Assembly: GCA_049472335.1 (NCBI GenBank)
Contig: JBLIRO010000045.1
Span: 1 to 39,653, forward strand
Length of the DNA stretch: 39,653 nucleotides
DNA from: a bacterium
Lineage (GTDB): Bacteria; SZUA-182; DTGQ01; JAFGSM01
Reading direction: 5' to 3'
Within the stretch, counting starts at the first letter, position 1, and every line of letters begins with the position of its first letter. The notes under the pieces were generated by a model, which saw only the letters and a list, made by a program, of their open reading frames with translations, was not told the DNA's origin and did not search any database. Below are positions 7,850 through 18,720 of this stretch, one piece after another. A program made the translations under genes and the position numbers.

Positions 7850-10744
7850 ATGTTTAGAAAAACTATGTCAATACGGGTCAACTTCTCGCCACGAGAGGTG
7901 CGGCTTGTTCACTCCATCTTTGGCACCACCATAAAGATGGACAATACTCAGGTCGACCCGCAACCGGGGGCTCCGGGGTTACCGACGCGTATCGTATATG
8001 TCGCCCTGCCAGCGGGCTATGAAGCTTCACGCGTCACCGGGCGTGTGCTGAGTACCGAGCCGCTTACCTATTCACCGACATTCGTGGCGCCAGTCCGGGA
8101 GAAGGGGATCACTCTAAGGGACTATGAAGAGACAGGCGCCCCTACTGGGGACTGGGCCCCACCTCTGGTTTCCAGGTACCAACAGGCAATCAAAGCGATG
8201 AAACGCTCAGTGGCCCGGCTTGCGGGCAGAAAGCTCGAAGGTCGTATATACGTCGCTGAAGTGGCCGTCCAGCCGGTGCGCTACGACGATACGGGGGCGC
8301 TGGAACTGATCAGCGAGCTGCAACTCACCGTGACGCTCAAACCGCTGACGGTCATGCATCCCCGTATGCTGCTGGCCGAATTGCGCCCGGCATGGTCCGA
8401 ACGCCGCTATGTGCTGGCCTCTACTCGGGTGGTCAATCCCAAGGCTCTCGAATCCCTGCGGATTACCTTACCCAGAACAACTCTGCTCGATGATGGGACC
8501 GCCGTCCTCGCGGATACAAAGGATGCGGAGTCCACCTTCTCTCTAAGCGAGGTACCTCCCACTAAGACCTCCGGTGGCAACCCTCCCTCTGGGGATGGTA
8601 CACCTCCTCAGGGTGCAGCAGGTGGGACACCCGTAACAGGGTCCACTCCGGTCAGCGTCCCCAACGAGGTCGACTACCTGATCATCACGGACGAAAACAC
8701 CTGGGACGCCGATACGATTACGGTGGTCGCAGCCGCGGGCGACCTTCCCGGGGCGTTCGCCCGGCTGGCCAACTGGAAGAAAAGCCGCGGACTGCGCATC
8801 CACATCGCCAAGGTGACAAATATTGTCGGCGGTTCCTACGGTGATTTCACCTCCGGGGCCCGCGACCTGCAAGAAGTCATCCGCAATTTCCTCAAATACT
8901 TCGTGTGGCGCTACGGCACCGAGTGGGTTCTGCTGGGCGGGGATGTCAGCATCATCCCCACGCGCCTGATTTGCGGATCGGTTCAGTGGGGCTGTCTGGG
9001 CTTCGCCGAAGCTGAAGGGGACGAAGCGGCTGGTGAAAAGGAACTGCCCGAAGGAAGCGTCGTCTGGAAGGGCACCTTCCTGGGCATGCGCGTAGACCAA
9101 AATCAGATCGGAGATCCGGCCAATCACGTCTTGACGATGCTCAAGAATGGCAGCATCGTGCCTTACGACGCCGGAGGCCCAACCGGTACAAGTTCTTCGC
9201 GCTGGTACCACACTACGGATGACACCTTTACCACCTTCTCTGCGGCCCGTACCGAGTTCATTCGCGTTGATGGCAGCGCTGCGCTGATCAATGACAAGGT
9301 CCAGTGGTATACGAATAAGAACCTGATCCCGGCCGATTTCTATTACGCCAGCCTCTATGCGCCGACCTATAACCAATCCGGCAAGCATGACTGGGATCTG
9401 ACTGGCAACGAACTGTACGGCCAGTGGTCGGAAACTGAGAACCTGGACGGTGTGGATTACCAGGTAGATGTCGGGGTAGGCCGCGCTCCGGTCCAAAGCG
9501 TCACCGAGGTGGATGCCTTCATCGACAAGGTCATCGACTACGAAAAGGCCTCGGAGCGTCCCGTTGATTACACTCGGTTCCGGCGCATGCTGTACGTGGG
9601 TGAACACTGGCAGCGGGAGTTCCGGCGCATTACCAGGCATTCGGGCGATCCGATGCCCCCGAATAACAACTGCTATTCCTATGACTCTGCCAATTCCCGT
9701 GTGCTGCTCAACGCCGACGTGCTGGAGAAGGGGCTTAATATAGAGGTGATCTCCTACGTATCGGAGACCGACTACCGCATCATCCCTTACGATGCGGGAG
9801 CGAGTCCCGCACGGCGTGGCTGGTATTATGCCAAAAGCGACACTGATCTGACCCCAAGTCAGATACACATCGACTTATTCTTTTTCGAGTTCGACGTACC
9901 GCTACCCACCCGCTGGATCGTGATCTACAGCGGCCTAGTGGCCGAACTTACCCCGATGCACATCGTGCTCGACTCCAACGAACTGGATGGCGCCATCCGA
10001 GAACAAGAGGAACTGCGCGAAGCAATGGCGGGGTGGTTCCATCGCATAGACAACGTCCGGCGCCTGTACACCGACGAGCCAGACCTATCACTGATAGGGA
10101 TGGCAGTCGCGCCGATCCGGCACCTCTCTGATGACACCCTGCGCGAAGAACTCGATTTTGGCCCTCACTTCGTGTCGCTTTCCGGGCATGGCAACTGGGG
10201 CGGCTGCTGCCACTTCGGTACCGGCATGGTCAACTCGCTGTCCAACGGCAACAAGACCTTTATCATATTTGCCGATTCATGTTCAACCAGTGCCTTCGAC
10301 AACGAGGACGCAATCTCGGAGCGCGCAGTAATCAAGGCGGGCAAGGGCGCCGTCGCCTACATCGGATATTCCCGCTATGGCTGGATTGGAGTCGGAGACG
10401 ACTTCCGAAAGGAATTCTTTCGCACCCGGGCGTGTGGCGCCCGGCACCTGGCACAGTGCAATGACAGCCGTTTCAACCTGGCAAGCGGAGGTCACTGGAC
10501 CCGCTGGCACGCCGTCGAACAGAACCTGATCGGAGATCCGGAGATGCCGGTGTGGCGCGACGACCTGGACGTGCGCATGGCCTATGTGGCCAACAAGAAT
10601 ACTGGGGAACTGCACGAACGCAACTGCCAATGGGTCGAGCGCATGCACTTCAAGAACCAACTATTTCTGGAAACAAAGGAAGAAGGGTTGTCTTTAGGTT
10701 ACGACGGTTGCTATTACTGTTTGAGGGAGCACCACACCCGATAG
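7850..10744 (+). CDS. Peptidase C25 (gingipain-family) cysteine protease with propeptide and C-terminal Ada-like metal-binding domain
   Basis: PGAPGLP propeptide motif, DYLIIT, WKKSRG, WVLLGGD, ADFYYA, VGVGRAPV, catalytic SGHG and DSCS, GAVAYIG, NLIGDPEM; C-terminal ELHERNC...GYDGCYYC; GAGGAGG RBS. Confidence 0.85.
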   Translation: MFRKTMSIRVNFSPREVRLVHSIFGTTIKMDNTQVDPQPGAPGLPTRIVYVALPAGYEASRVTGRVLSTEPLTYSPTFVAPVREKGITLRDYEETGAPTGDWAPPLVSRYQQAIKAMKRSVARLAGRKLEGRIYVAEVAVQPVRYDDTGALELISELQLTVTLKPLTVMHPRMLLAELRPAWSERRYVLASTRVVNPKALESLRITLPRTTLLDDGTAVLADTKDAESTFSLSEVPPTKTSGGNPPSGDGTPPQGAAGGTPVTGSTPVSVPNEVDYLIITDENTWDADTITVVAAAGDLPGAFARLANWKKSRGLRIHIAKVTNIVGGSYGDFTSGARDLQEVIRNFLKYFVWRYGTEWVLLGGDVSIIPTRLICGSVQWGCLGFAEAEGDEAAGEKELPEGSVVWKGTFLGMRVDQNQIGDPANHVLTMLKNGSIVPYDAGGPTGTSSSRWYHTTDDTFTTFSAARTEFIRVDGSAALINDKVQWYTNKNLIPADFYYASLYAPTYNQSGKHDWDLTGNELYGQWSETENLDGVDYQVDVGVGRAPVQSVTEVDAFIDKVIDYEKASERPVDYTRFRRMLYVGEHWQREFRRITRHSGDPMPPNNNCYSYDSANSRVLLNADVLEKGLNIEVISYVSETDYRIIPYDAGASPARRGWYYAKSDTDLTPSQIHIDLFFFEFDVPLPTRWIVIYSGLVAELTPMHIVLDSNELDGAIREQEELREAMAGWFHRIDNVRRLYTDEPDLSLIGMAVAPIRHLSDDTLREELDFGPHFVSLSGHGNWGGCCHFGTGMVNSLSNGNKTFIIFADSCSTSAFDNEDAISERAVIKAGKGAVAYIGYSRYGWIGVGDDFRKEFFRTRACGARHLAQCNDSRFNLASGGHWTRWHAVEQNLIGDPEMPVWRDDLDVRMAYVANKNTGELHERNCQWVERMHFKNQLFLETKEEGLSLGYDGCYYCLREHHTR

Positions 10745-10805
10745 GAGGTGTGACAACATTTTTCATCGCGGGTGTTTTGAGCGTTAAGCCGAAAAGAAGT
10801 GTTCA

Positions 10806-10858
10806 ACAAACAAGCGGCTGCAACGGGACCTCGGGGCTGATGGCCCTCGGTCTGCTGG
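10806..10858 (+). mobile_element. Truncated attC-like remnant
   Basis: AAC-AAGCG-GCTGCAACGG followed by imperfect stem GACCTCGGGGC/GCCCTCGGTC; no R'. Confidence 0.45.
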
Positions 10859-10905
10859 ATAAGTAATTAAGTGTAAGTAAGGACAGCAGCAGGAAAATTC
10901 TGGCT

Positions 10906-12912
10906 TTATTCTTGGTTTTCCTTCAGTATTATTTTTTCCTGAGGTTTTATGGGAAGCTCGATAAAGAATTCTGTACCCTTTTCTGGCCCGCTCTCTACCC
11001 AGATCTTCCCTCCGTGATTTGCAACGATCTTGAAGCAAATACTAAGGCCAAGCCCGGTCCCCTCGCCTGCCTCTTTTGTGGTAAAAAAAGGGTCGAAGAT
11101 TTTTGACTGTATCTCTTCAGGTATCCCGGGACCGTTGTCCCAAACAGAGATCCTTACCCGCTCGTCCGCCTGGGAGGTTCTAATTCTGATCTCTCCCTTA
11201 CTCCCCAGAGCCTGAACAGCATTAAGAATAATATTTGTAAAAACGCGATCTATCTGTTGGGCATTACAATATACCATTGGCAGTTTGGAATACTCTTTTA
11301 CGATGCGTATATTGATATTATATTTGATTAACTTCAAAGACATATCCAATCTTTGATTGATGTCCACCAATTGAAGCTGCCCCATGTCAATATGGATAAA
11401 ATCCCTGAGATCCTTGACGATCTGGGTTATTCTCTTGGCAGCTTCCCTGCTTTCTTCAACCAGACAATCCAGATCCTCCAATATATAATCAATATCATTT
11501 TGTTTTTCGTAAATCTTGATTTCAGAAAATAAGGATGTGGTGGAAGATGGCCTTTCTTGTGAAAATTTTTGTGTAAAATCCCTATACTTAATAAGAAGGT
11601 TTTTTATGGCGCTCGTATATTCAGACAGGGCTATCATATTGCTATGAATGACACCTGTGGGATTGTTTATATCATGCGCGATCCCCGAGACCATTTGTCC
11701 CAGTGCGGCCATTTTATCGGACTGGATAAGCTGTTTCTGGAGCGTTTTGAGCTCTGTCAGGTCCTTGAAAACCTCGACCCCGCCAATGATTCTGCCGGTC
11801 TCGTTTTTCAGGGGAGATGTGCTTGCGGAAATGGGAATATCTTGTCCATCCTTGTTCTTGATAAAGAAATCATTGCTGTGTATAAATGTATCTTCCTTTA
11901 ATGCTTTCTCTATAGGGCAATCACTGGGACAGGCATCACTATGAAAGACCTCTTCGCATTTTTTCCCTAAGACCTCTTCTTCTTTATACCCGGTAATCCG
12001 TTCAGCGGCTTTGTTAAAGGAAGTGATCCGCCATTCCTTATCAATCGTGAACAAGCCGTTACCCATACTATTAATGATTGCCTTTAGCTCATTGCTTTGA
12101 AAGATTATTTTGTCCTGGTATTGGCGGATATTCCTTGTCATTTTTTTGAATGATTCGGCCAGCAGTCCGATTTCGGTTCGCGAAATTGTGGGGATATTTG
12201 TTTCAAAATCCCCCCTTGCAATCTTTTCCGAGGCCTTTACAAAATTTAGTATCGGTTTGGTTATAAAGCTGGAAATGGCCAAGGCAATCAGAATTCCAAT
12301 CAAAGTTATAAAACCGATAACAAAAAAGATTTCGGTTTTCATATTAGAAAGGCTTTGTTTTATTGCAAGAGAAGAGATCACTAATCTGCTTACGCCAACC
12401 TCTTTATTTTGATACTTGATCTGCATTGACACTTCATATCCGATCTGTTTTCCTTTGGGCCCTGAAAAAGGGATCGGAACCGGATCGCTCCCGGAGATAT
12501 CCTGTGAACCGGAACTTTTCAAATTATAGGGATGGTCTTTCGGCGCTTCGGCAATCACCTCTCCTTTGGAATTAAGCACGGAGGCATAGAGAATATCCTG
12601 ATCAATGACTATACTTTTGACATGTTCTTGTATATAGTCGAACTTATTGTTTAGAAGATGAGGGAGCGACTCTGTACTCAATATGCGCACCACAAAAATT
12701 GCCTTGGAGCGGATATGATAATCTATTATCTTTTTGTGAAGCCGGAAAAAGAAGATATAAAAATTTAAGGATATAAAGAGGATCAGAGAAATAATGGAGA
12801 TCGAAAGAAGACTTTTAATTGAAACGGTGGGCTTTGTTTCTGGTTTTTCTTCTTCAGGCGCATCTATATAACTCTGGGACTGTGTATCTTCCAACCTTTG
12901 ATTAGTATCCAT
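10906..12912 (-). CDS. Membrane sensor histidine kinase (2 TM, HAMP, PAS, HisKA, HATPase)
   Basis: [10 protein letters not shown]-box, [32 protein letters not shown] motif [11 protein letters not shown]. Confidence 0.95.
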   Translation of the reverse strand: MDTNQRLEDTQSQSYIDAPEEEKPETKPTVSIKSLLSISIISLILFISLNFYIFFFRLHKKIIDYHIRSKAIFVVRILSTESLPHLLNNKFDYIQEHVKSIVIDQDILYASVLNSKGEVIAEAPKDHPYNLKSSGSQDISGSDPVPIPFSGPKGKQIGYEVSMQIKYQNKEVGVSRLVISSLAIKQSLSNMKTEIFFVIGFITLIGILIALAISSFITKPILNFVKASEKIARGDFETNIPTISRTEIGLLAESFKKMTRNIRQYQDKIIFQSNELKAIINSMGNGLFTIDKEWRITSFNKAAERITGYKEEEVLGKKCEEVFHSDACPSDCPIEKALKEDTFIHSNDFFIKNKDGQDIPISASTSPLKNETGRIIGGVEVFKDLTELKTLQKQLIQSDKMAALGQMVSGIAHDINNPTGVIHSNMIALSEYTSAIKNLLIKYRDFTQKFSQERPSSTTSLFSEIKIYEKQNDIDYILEDLDCLVEESREAAKRITQIVKDLRDFIHIDMGQLQLVDINQRLDMSLKLIKYNINIRIVKEYSKLPMVYCNAQQIDRVFTNIILNAVQALGSKGEIRIRTSQADERVRISVWDNGPGIPEEIQSKIFDPFFTTKEAGEGTGLGLSICFKIVANHGGKIWVESGPEKGTEFFIELPIKPQEKIILKENQE

Positions 12913-12983
12913 TTTTAAGGCCTTTTATTCGCGGTTTGGCCGATTTTTAAAGAACTTTTTAACAAGTCAAACCTATTGCTTCG

Positions 12984-13385
12984 TTATTTTTTACATGATT
13001 GTCTGTATTCCTTCAATCCTTCACGAATAATGTTTTTTAATTCTTCAGGCTCCCAAGGCTTGCTTATACATTTATAAATATAGCTTTGATCGATTTCCTC
13101 GCTGAAATTATCAAGATTGATCTGGGCGCTTATGAGTATTCCTATTGTATCAGGAAACCTTTCTTTAATTCTGGCCAAAAGTTCAATCCCTTTCATTTCA
13201 GGCATCTTTTGATCCGCTAATACAAGCTGGCAGTCAAATGTCTCCAATTTGGAAAGGGCCTCATCGCCGCTATGCGCGGTTAGAATTCGGTACCCCTCTT
13301 TCCAGAGAACCCTTTTTAATGCATTTACAACGGATTTTTCATTATCGACAATCAAAATTGTATATTGTTTCATTCTATCTTCCAT
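12984..13385 (-). CDS. Single-domain response regulator
   Basis: ILIVDNE, LVLADQKMPEMKG phosphoacceptor, KPW. Confidence 0.9.
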   Translation of the reverse strand: MEDRMKQYTILIVDNEKSVVNALKRVLWKEGYRILTAHSGDEALSKLETFDCQLVLADQKMPEMKGIELLARIKERFPDTIGILISAQINLDNFSEEIDQSYIYKCISKPWEPEELKNIIREGLKEYRQSCKK

Positions 13386-13533
13386 ATAAGATGAGACATA
13401 AAAATTTTAAAGTTAGTTGATTAAAAAGTCAAGAAAATCATGCCTCTCGGCACATTATATCCATAATCCTTTAAGCATTTCAGTGAGAACCTCAAAATGG
13501 GAATTACTGCCTAAGAGATATAAATCTATAAGG

Positions 13534-13562
13534 TTGACATCTTTATGGATATAAAATATAAA
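13534..13562 (+). promoter_or_regulatory. Sigma70 promoter for dprA-topA
   Basis: TTGACA-17-TATAAA. Confidence 0.6.
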
Positions 13563-13691
13563 TGATTGGGAATTTAATTTGTCGATAATAAAATAAAATA
13601 GAATCAGGCATAAAGCATATAAACAGGTGCTCTTTCTTAAAAGAGCGCTTATTAATGAGATTATTTACTATATAACATAATAAGAAAAAAA

Positions 13692-14786
13692 ATGGATATA
13701 CGGGATTCCTGGCTGACTCTGAATCTTATTCCCGGAATGGGAAGCTGTTTAGGACGGAGACTTTTTAATTCGTTTGGTTCTGTAGATAAAATCTTCAAGG
13801 TTTCGGCCAATGAATTATCCAATATCGAAGGGATTGGTCCCGCACTGGCAAAGAGGATTTCTTCCTTTGAACCTGAAAAGGCTTTAAAAAAGGAGAAGGA
13901 TCTTATGGTGCTTCACGGGATTGATTTTATAACGTTTGAGGATCCTGATTATCCTGAATTCCTTCGTCATATCTTTGATCCTCCATTGATTCTTTATTTT
14001 AAAGGCCGCATTTTGCCGGATGACATGATTTCTTTGGCTGTTGTGGGTTCTCGCCGTCCAACCCTTTATGGGAAATCTGTGGCCCAGGATATAGCTAAAA
14101 AATTAGCCGGAAAAGGGCTTACGATTGTGAGTGGAATGGCAAGGGGAATCGATACACAGGCACATCGAGGCGCTCTCAATGGTCATGGAAGGACTATTGC
14201 CGTTTTGGGAAGCGGTCTTGATCGTGTCTATCCACCCGAGAACAAATCCCTGATGGAGGCTATTTCAGCCAATGGCGCCGTGGTCTCCGAGTTTCCGATG
14301 GGCACTGAACCGTTCAAACAGAATTTTCCATTAAGGAATCGGATAATAAGCGGTATGACATTAGGGACACTGGTTGTTGAAGCAGGTTCTGTAAGCGGGG
14401 CTCTTATTACCGCCCGTCTTGCACTGGATCAGGGCCGGGAAGTGTTTGCGGTGCCGGGGCCCATTAGCTCGTGGGCCAGTAAAGGGACAAATGGGCTTAT
14501 AAAACAAGGCGCAAAACTGGTGGAAGAGGTTGAAGACATAATCGAGGAATTGAGACCTCATTTGGGATCTCTATTACTTAAGGAAAAGGATGAAGAAAAG
14601 GAAACAATAAGTAAGGATGATGGAAATGATCCTATATTGTCGATTCTTATAAATGATCCTGTTCATATTGATGCACTTATTGAAAAAACGGGTATCCCTG
14701 CTCCTAAAATGGTATCCAGATTGATTCAACTTGAGATGCAGGGTATAATCAGAAAACTTCCCGGCAATATGTATTCGAAGCTTTAG
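13692..14786 (+). CDS. dprA: DNA processing protein DprA
   Basis: AVVGSR, VSGMARGID, FPLRNRIISG, SGALITA; upstream of topA. Confidence 0.96.
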   Translation: MDIRDSWLTLNLIPGMGSCLGRRLFNSFGSVDKIFKVSANELSNIEGIGPALAKRISSFEPEKALKKEKDLMVLHGIDFITFEDPDYPEFLRHIFDPPLILYFKGRILPDDMISLAVVGSRRPTLYGKSVAQDIAKKLAGKGLTIVSGMARGIDTQAHRGALNGHGRTIAVLGSGLDRVYPPENKSLMEAISANGAVVSEFPMGTEPFKQNFPLRNRIISGMTLGTLVVEAGSVSGALITARLALDQGREVFAVPGPISSWASKGTNGLIKQGAKLVEEVEDIIEELRPHLGSLLLKEKDEEKETISKDDGNDPILSILINDPVHIDALIEKTGIPAPKMVSRLIQLEMQGIIRKLPGNMYSKL

Positions 14787-14826
14787 CCGGGGTCCATTTA
14801 GGATATTATTAATACGGGGACTTTAT

Positions 14827-17241
14827 ATGGCACAATCTCTCATAATTGTGGAATCACCAACAAAAGTAAGGACTTTAAAAAAATTTCTTGGTTCGGATTA
14901 TCTAATAAAGGCATCAGTTGGGCATATTAAGGACTTACCCAAAAACAGGCTTGGTGTGGATATTGAAAACGGATTCCGTCCCGAGTATATAACCATACGT
15001 GGAAAGGCTAAAATCTTAAACGAGATCAAGAATACAGCCCGGAAGGCCGAAAAGATCTTTTTGGCCCCTGACCCCGACCGTGAAGGAGAAGCAATTGGCT
15101 GGCACATTGCAAATGAGATCGAGGCCCCTAAGGATAAAATTTATAGGGTTCTGTTTAATGAGATTACAAAAGGAGCGGTTTTAAAGGGCCTTAAAACTCC
15201 AAGCAGAATAGACCTGAATAAGGTAAACGCGCAGCAGGCCAGGCGTATCTTGGATCGTCTTGTGGGATATCAAATCAGCCCTATACTATGGGAAAAGGTA
15301 AAATGGGGGCTTAGTGCGGGACGGGTGCAATCTGTGGCTGTCCGAATTATTTGTGAGCGGGAAAGGGAGATAAATGCCTTTGTGCCTGAGGAGTACTGGA
15401 GTATTACTGCTATTTTGGAGGGAGATAATCCCCCTGTTTTTCCCGCAAAGGTCCACCAATATAAAGGTAAAAAACTGTCCATTCCTGATAAATCACATGC
15501 TGACAAAATTTTGGATATTTTAAAAACGGAAACCTATAAAGTTAAGCAGGTTGCCAAGCGTGAACAAAAAAGACGTCCATTGCCTCCATTTATAACCAGT
15601 ACCCTTCAACAGGAGGCTTCCAGGGTTTACCGTTTCCCTGCAAAAAAGACAATGGCTGTCGCACAAAGGCTTTATGAGGGAAAGGTCCTGGGAGAAGAGG
15701 GAAGTGTCGGGCTTATCACCTACATGAGAACCGATTCAACCAGGCTGGCGGCAGAGGCGGTTGAAGAAGTCAGAGCGCTTATTAAGGAACAGTTTGGTCC
15801 TGAATATTGTCCTTCAAAACCCCTGATGTATAAAAGTCGAAAGATCGCTCAAGAGGCGCATGAGGCAATTCGTCCAACCTCTGTATACAGAAAACCCGAG
15901 TCCATACAACCATTTTTAGACAAGGATGAATATGCTGTCTATTCTTTAATCTGGAAACGGTTTGCGGCCTGTCAGATGTCCGACGCCCTGTTCGATATAA
16001 CCACAATAGACATCGAGGCAGGTGATTATACATTGAGGACTTCAGGCTCGTGTATGCGGTTTGATGGTTATCTAAAGCTATATCAGCAAAAATCCAAAGG
16101 CAAGGACCAGGAGAGTGAAGATTCAGGTGAAAAGGAAGAAGCAAAAGTACTTCCTCCACTCAGGGAAGGCGAAGATTTGACTCTTAAAGAATTGTCTCCT
16201 AAGCAGCACTTTACTCAGCCGCCCCCCCGTTATACTGAGGCATCACTAATCAAGGAACTGGAAGAAAAGGGCATTGGCCGGCCAAGCACCTATGCTGCAA
16301 TCCTAAGCACGATTCTCAACAGGGAGTATGTTATCTCTAAAGAAAGACAACTTTATCCTACTGAGTTGGGTTTTATTATTACGGACCTGTTGGTTGAAAA
16401 TTTCCCTCAAATCCTGAATGTGAAATTCACAGCCATGATGGAGGATCGTTTGGATCAGATAGAAGAGGGTAAGGAGGATTGGATTGGAGCACTTAACGCC
16501 TTTTATGAGACCTTCCATGGCGCTCTTGAAAAAGCTAAAAATGAAATGAAGGATATCAAACATGAAGGCATCCAAACCGATATAGCATGTGATTTATGTG
16601 GCATGCCTATGGTCATTAAATGGGGACGGAACGGCCAGTTCCTGTCCTGTTCAGGTTATCCTAAATGTAAAAATACCAAACAATTTGAGAGAACGGAGGA
16701 TGGAAAGGTAGTGATAGCAGAACCCGAAACTGCCAAAATGAAATGCGAAAAATGCGGCAGGGATATGGTTATAAAACATAGTCGTTACGGCGCTTTTCTT
16801 GGTTGCAGCGGTTATCCTGAATGTAAAAATGTTGTCTCCTTAAAAGGGACGGATCAGACGCAGCAGGAGAAAGAGGTAACCGGGGAAAAGTGCGAAAAAT
16901 GCGGTGAGCCAATGGTTATTAAGAATGGCAGGTACGGGCGGTTTTTATCCTGTTCCAATTATCCGAAATGCAAATTCGTTAAACCATTGGGGATTGGAGT
17001 TAACTGCCCCCAGGACGGCTGCGGAGGGGAACTGGTGGAAAGACGCTCAAAGCAGGGGCGCGTGTTTTATAGCTGCAGCAGATATCCTGAATGTAATTTT
17101 GCCACCTGGGAAAAGCCGATACCTGTCAAATGCCCTAAGTGCGGCTATCCAATTATGTATGAATCAAGCGGGAAGAAGCCTTTACGCAAATGCGGCCGTA
17201 AAGACTGTGATTATAAATCAGAAAAAATTAAGGATGATTGA
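14827..17241 (+). CDS. topA: DNA topoisomerase I
   Basis: IIVESPTK, DPDREGEAI, SAGRVQS, ITYMRTDS, C-terminal Zn ribbons. Confidence 0.98.
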   Translation: MAQSLIIVESPTKVRTLKKFLGSDYLIKASVGHIKDLPKNRLGVDIENGFRPEYITIRGKAKILNEIKNTARKAEKIFLAPDPDREGEAIGWHIANEIEAPKDKIYRVLFNEITKGAVLKGLKTPSRIDLNKVNAQQARRILDRLVGYQISPILWEKVKWGLSAGRVQSVAVRIICEREREINAFVPEEYWSITAILEGDNPPVFPAKVHQYKGKKLSIPDKSHADKILDILKTETYKVKQVAKREQKRRPLPPFITSTLQQEASRVYRFPAKKTMAVAQRLYEGKVLGEEGSVGLITYMRTDSTRLAAEAVEEVRALIKEQFGPEYCPSKPLMYKSRKIAQEAHEAIRPTSVYRKPESIQPFLDKDEYAVYSLIWKRFAACQMSDALFDITTIDIEAGDYTLRTSGSCMRFDGYLKLYQQKSKGKDQESEDSGEKEEAKVLPPLREGEDLTLKELSPKQHFTQPPPRYTEASLIKELEEKGIGRPSTYAAILSTILNREYVISKERQLYPTELGFIITDLLVENFPQILNVKFTAMMEDRLDQIEEGKEDWIGALNAFYETFHGALEKAKNEMKDIKHEGIQTDIACDLCGMPMVIKWGRNGQFLSCSGYPKCKNTKQFERTEDGKVVIAEPETAKMKCEKCGRDMVIKHSRYGAFLGCSGYPECKNVVSLKGTDQTQQEKEVTGEKCEKCGEPMVIKNGRYGRFLSCSNYPKCKFVKPLGIGVNCPQDGCGGELVERRSKQGRVFYSCSRYPECNFATWEKPIPVKCPKCGYPIMYESSGKKPLRKCGRKDCDYKSEKIKDD

Positions 17242-17486
17242 CATCTTTTCAATGACTTTTTTATAACCATATAAGTATCGATTTGTGAAGGCCTGTATAT
17301 TTTAATATACAGTTTATTGCATTGATTTTAAAATACTTGTTCGACTTAAGAACCTTTTTTGATTGTTTTTTCTGATTTTTAGTATATAATTGGGATTGGG
17401 GAATAAGAGGACTTTTAGAATGCAAACCAATTATTGATCAATAAAAATAAATAGTTATGCTTTAATGACTGAATTATATTGAAGTT

Positions 17487-17502
17487 TGGTATGAGGATTG
17501 CT
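17487..17502 (+). promoter_or_regulatory. Sigma54 (-24/-12) promoter for lpxC
   Basis: TGGTAT-GAGGA-TTGCT. Confidence 0.65.
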
Positions 17503-17666
17503 ATACTTTAAAAATTTAAAATACAAAAACGAAATAAAGATAATTTCCGGGAATCTATAATTGAATCTGACCGTTGCTATTTTGTGATTGTTGAGGGATT
17601 AGCTTAAAACACTCAAACATAATAACCAAGAACACAAAAAAAGATATAAAAAGAAAAGGTAAAAAA

Positions 17667-18614
17667 ATGCAAATTTATCAACAAACGATCAAGTTAGGTA
17701 TAGGATGTTCAGGAATCGGCCTTCACAGCGGGAAAAAGGTTAGAATGAATCTTAAACCTGCGCCGCCGGATACAGGTATTATATTCAAGAGGATAGATAT
17801 AAGTGAAGATTGTATTATTAAGGCACATGCAAGCAATCTGGATAATGTCAATTATGCCTCTACCTTGAGACAGAATGGATGTGAAGTCAGGACGGTGGAA
17901 CATCTTTTGGCGGCTTTGATGGGACTAGGTATTGACAATCTTATTGTGGAAATCGATTCTCCGGAGATACCCATAATGGATGGTAGTGCCGTTCCTTTTG
18001 TATTTTTAATCCATGAAGCGGGTATCCTGCAACAAGATAAATTGAGAAAGTATTTAAGAATTAAACGGACAATAAAGGTTGGAGACAAAGATAAATTCAT
18101 CAAGGTTATTCCGGATGACCATTTTAGAATCTCATATTCCATTGCCTTTGATCACCCTGTGATTGGTTCACAGAGTGCCTCTTACATCTGTGATGAGGAA
18201 ATTTTTGCTACGAAGATTTCCCGGGCAAGAACATTTGGATTTTTGAGTGAAATCAAGGAATTGAGAAAAATGGGCCTCACAAAAGGCGGTTCATTGGATA
18301 ATGCCGTGGTTATCGATGATTACAGGATTTTAAATGGTAATTTGAGATATAAGGATGAATTTGTTTGTCACAAAATAATTGATGCTATGGGAGACATATA
18401 TCTCCTCGGTTATCCCATCATCGGACACATTATCGCCTATCGAACAGGTCATGGATTACATGCCACATTGGTTGATAAGATACTTAAAAATCAAAACCGC
18501 TGGGAAATGGTGACCTATAATCAATTTGAAAATGACCTGGATATGATATCCGTTACCGATCACCCCGTGGAAAGAGATTTCTCCCAAAAAGATCTATCTG
18601 TCCAGATAGCTTGA
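17667..18614 (+). CDS. lpxC: UDP-3-O-acyl-GlcNAc deacetylase
   Basis: GIGLHSG, TVEHLLAAL, PIMDGSA, ARTFGF, HKIIDAMGD. Confidence 0.97.
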   Translation: MQIYQQTIKLGIGCSGIGLHSGKKVRMNLKPAPPDTGIIFKRIDISEDCIIKAHASNLDNVNYASTLRQNGCEVRTVEHLLAALMGLGIDNLIVEIDSPEIPIMDGSAVPFVFLIHEAGILQQDKLRKYLRIKRTIKVGDKDKFIKVIPDDHFRISYSIAFDHPVIGSQSASYICDEEIFATKISRARTFGFLSEIKELRKMGLTKGGSLDNAVVIDDYRILNGNLRYKDEFVCHKIIDAMGDIYLLGYPIIGHIIAYRTGHGLHATLVDKILKNQNRWEMVTYNQFENDLDMISVTDHPVERDFSQKDLSVQIA

Positions 18615-18720
18615 AAAAGTCAAAAAAGGGACTCTCCCTATCGCTCTATTCTATTTAATCTTATATCCTTGATTGTAGGGCTGCTGCAGTTAACCCAAGT
18701 GCAAGATTTGGGTTAAAGGA

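Noticed and set aside
8543..9868. 441-aa antisense ORF inside the protease
   Set aside because: Shadow ORF expected from GC-rich codon bias; no recognisable motifs, while the plus strand has clear C25 motifs.
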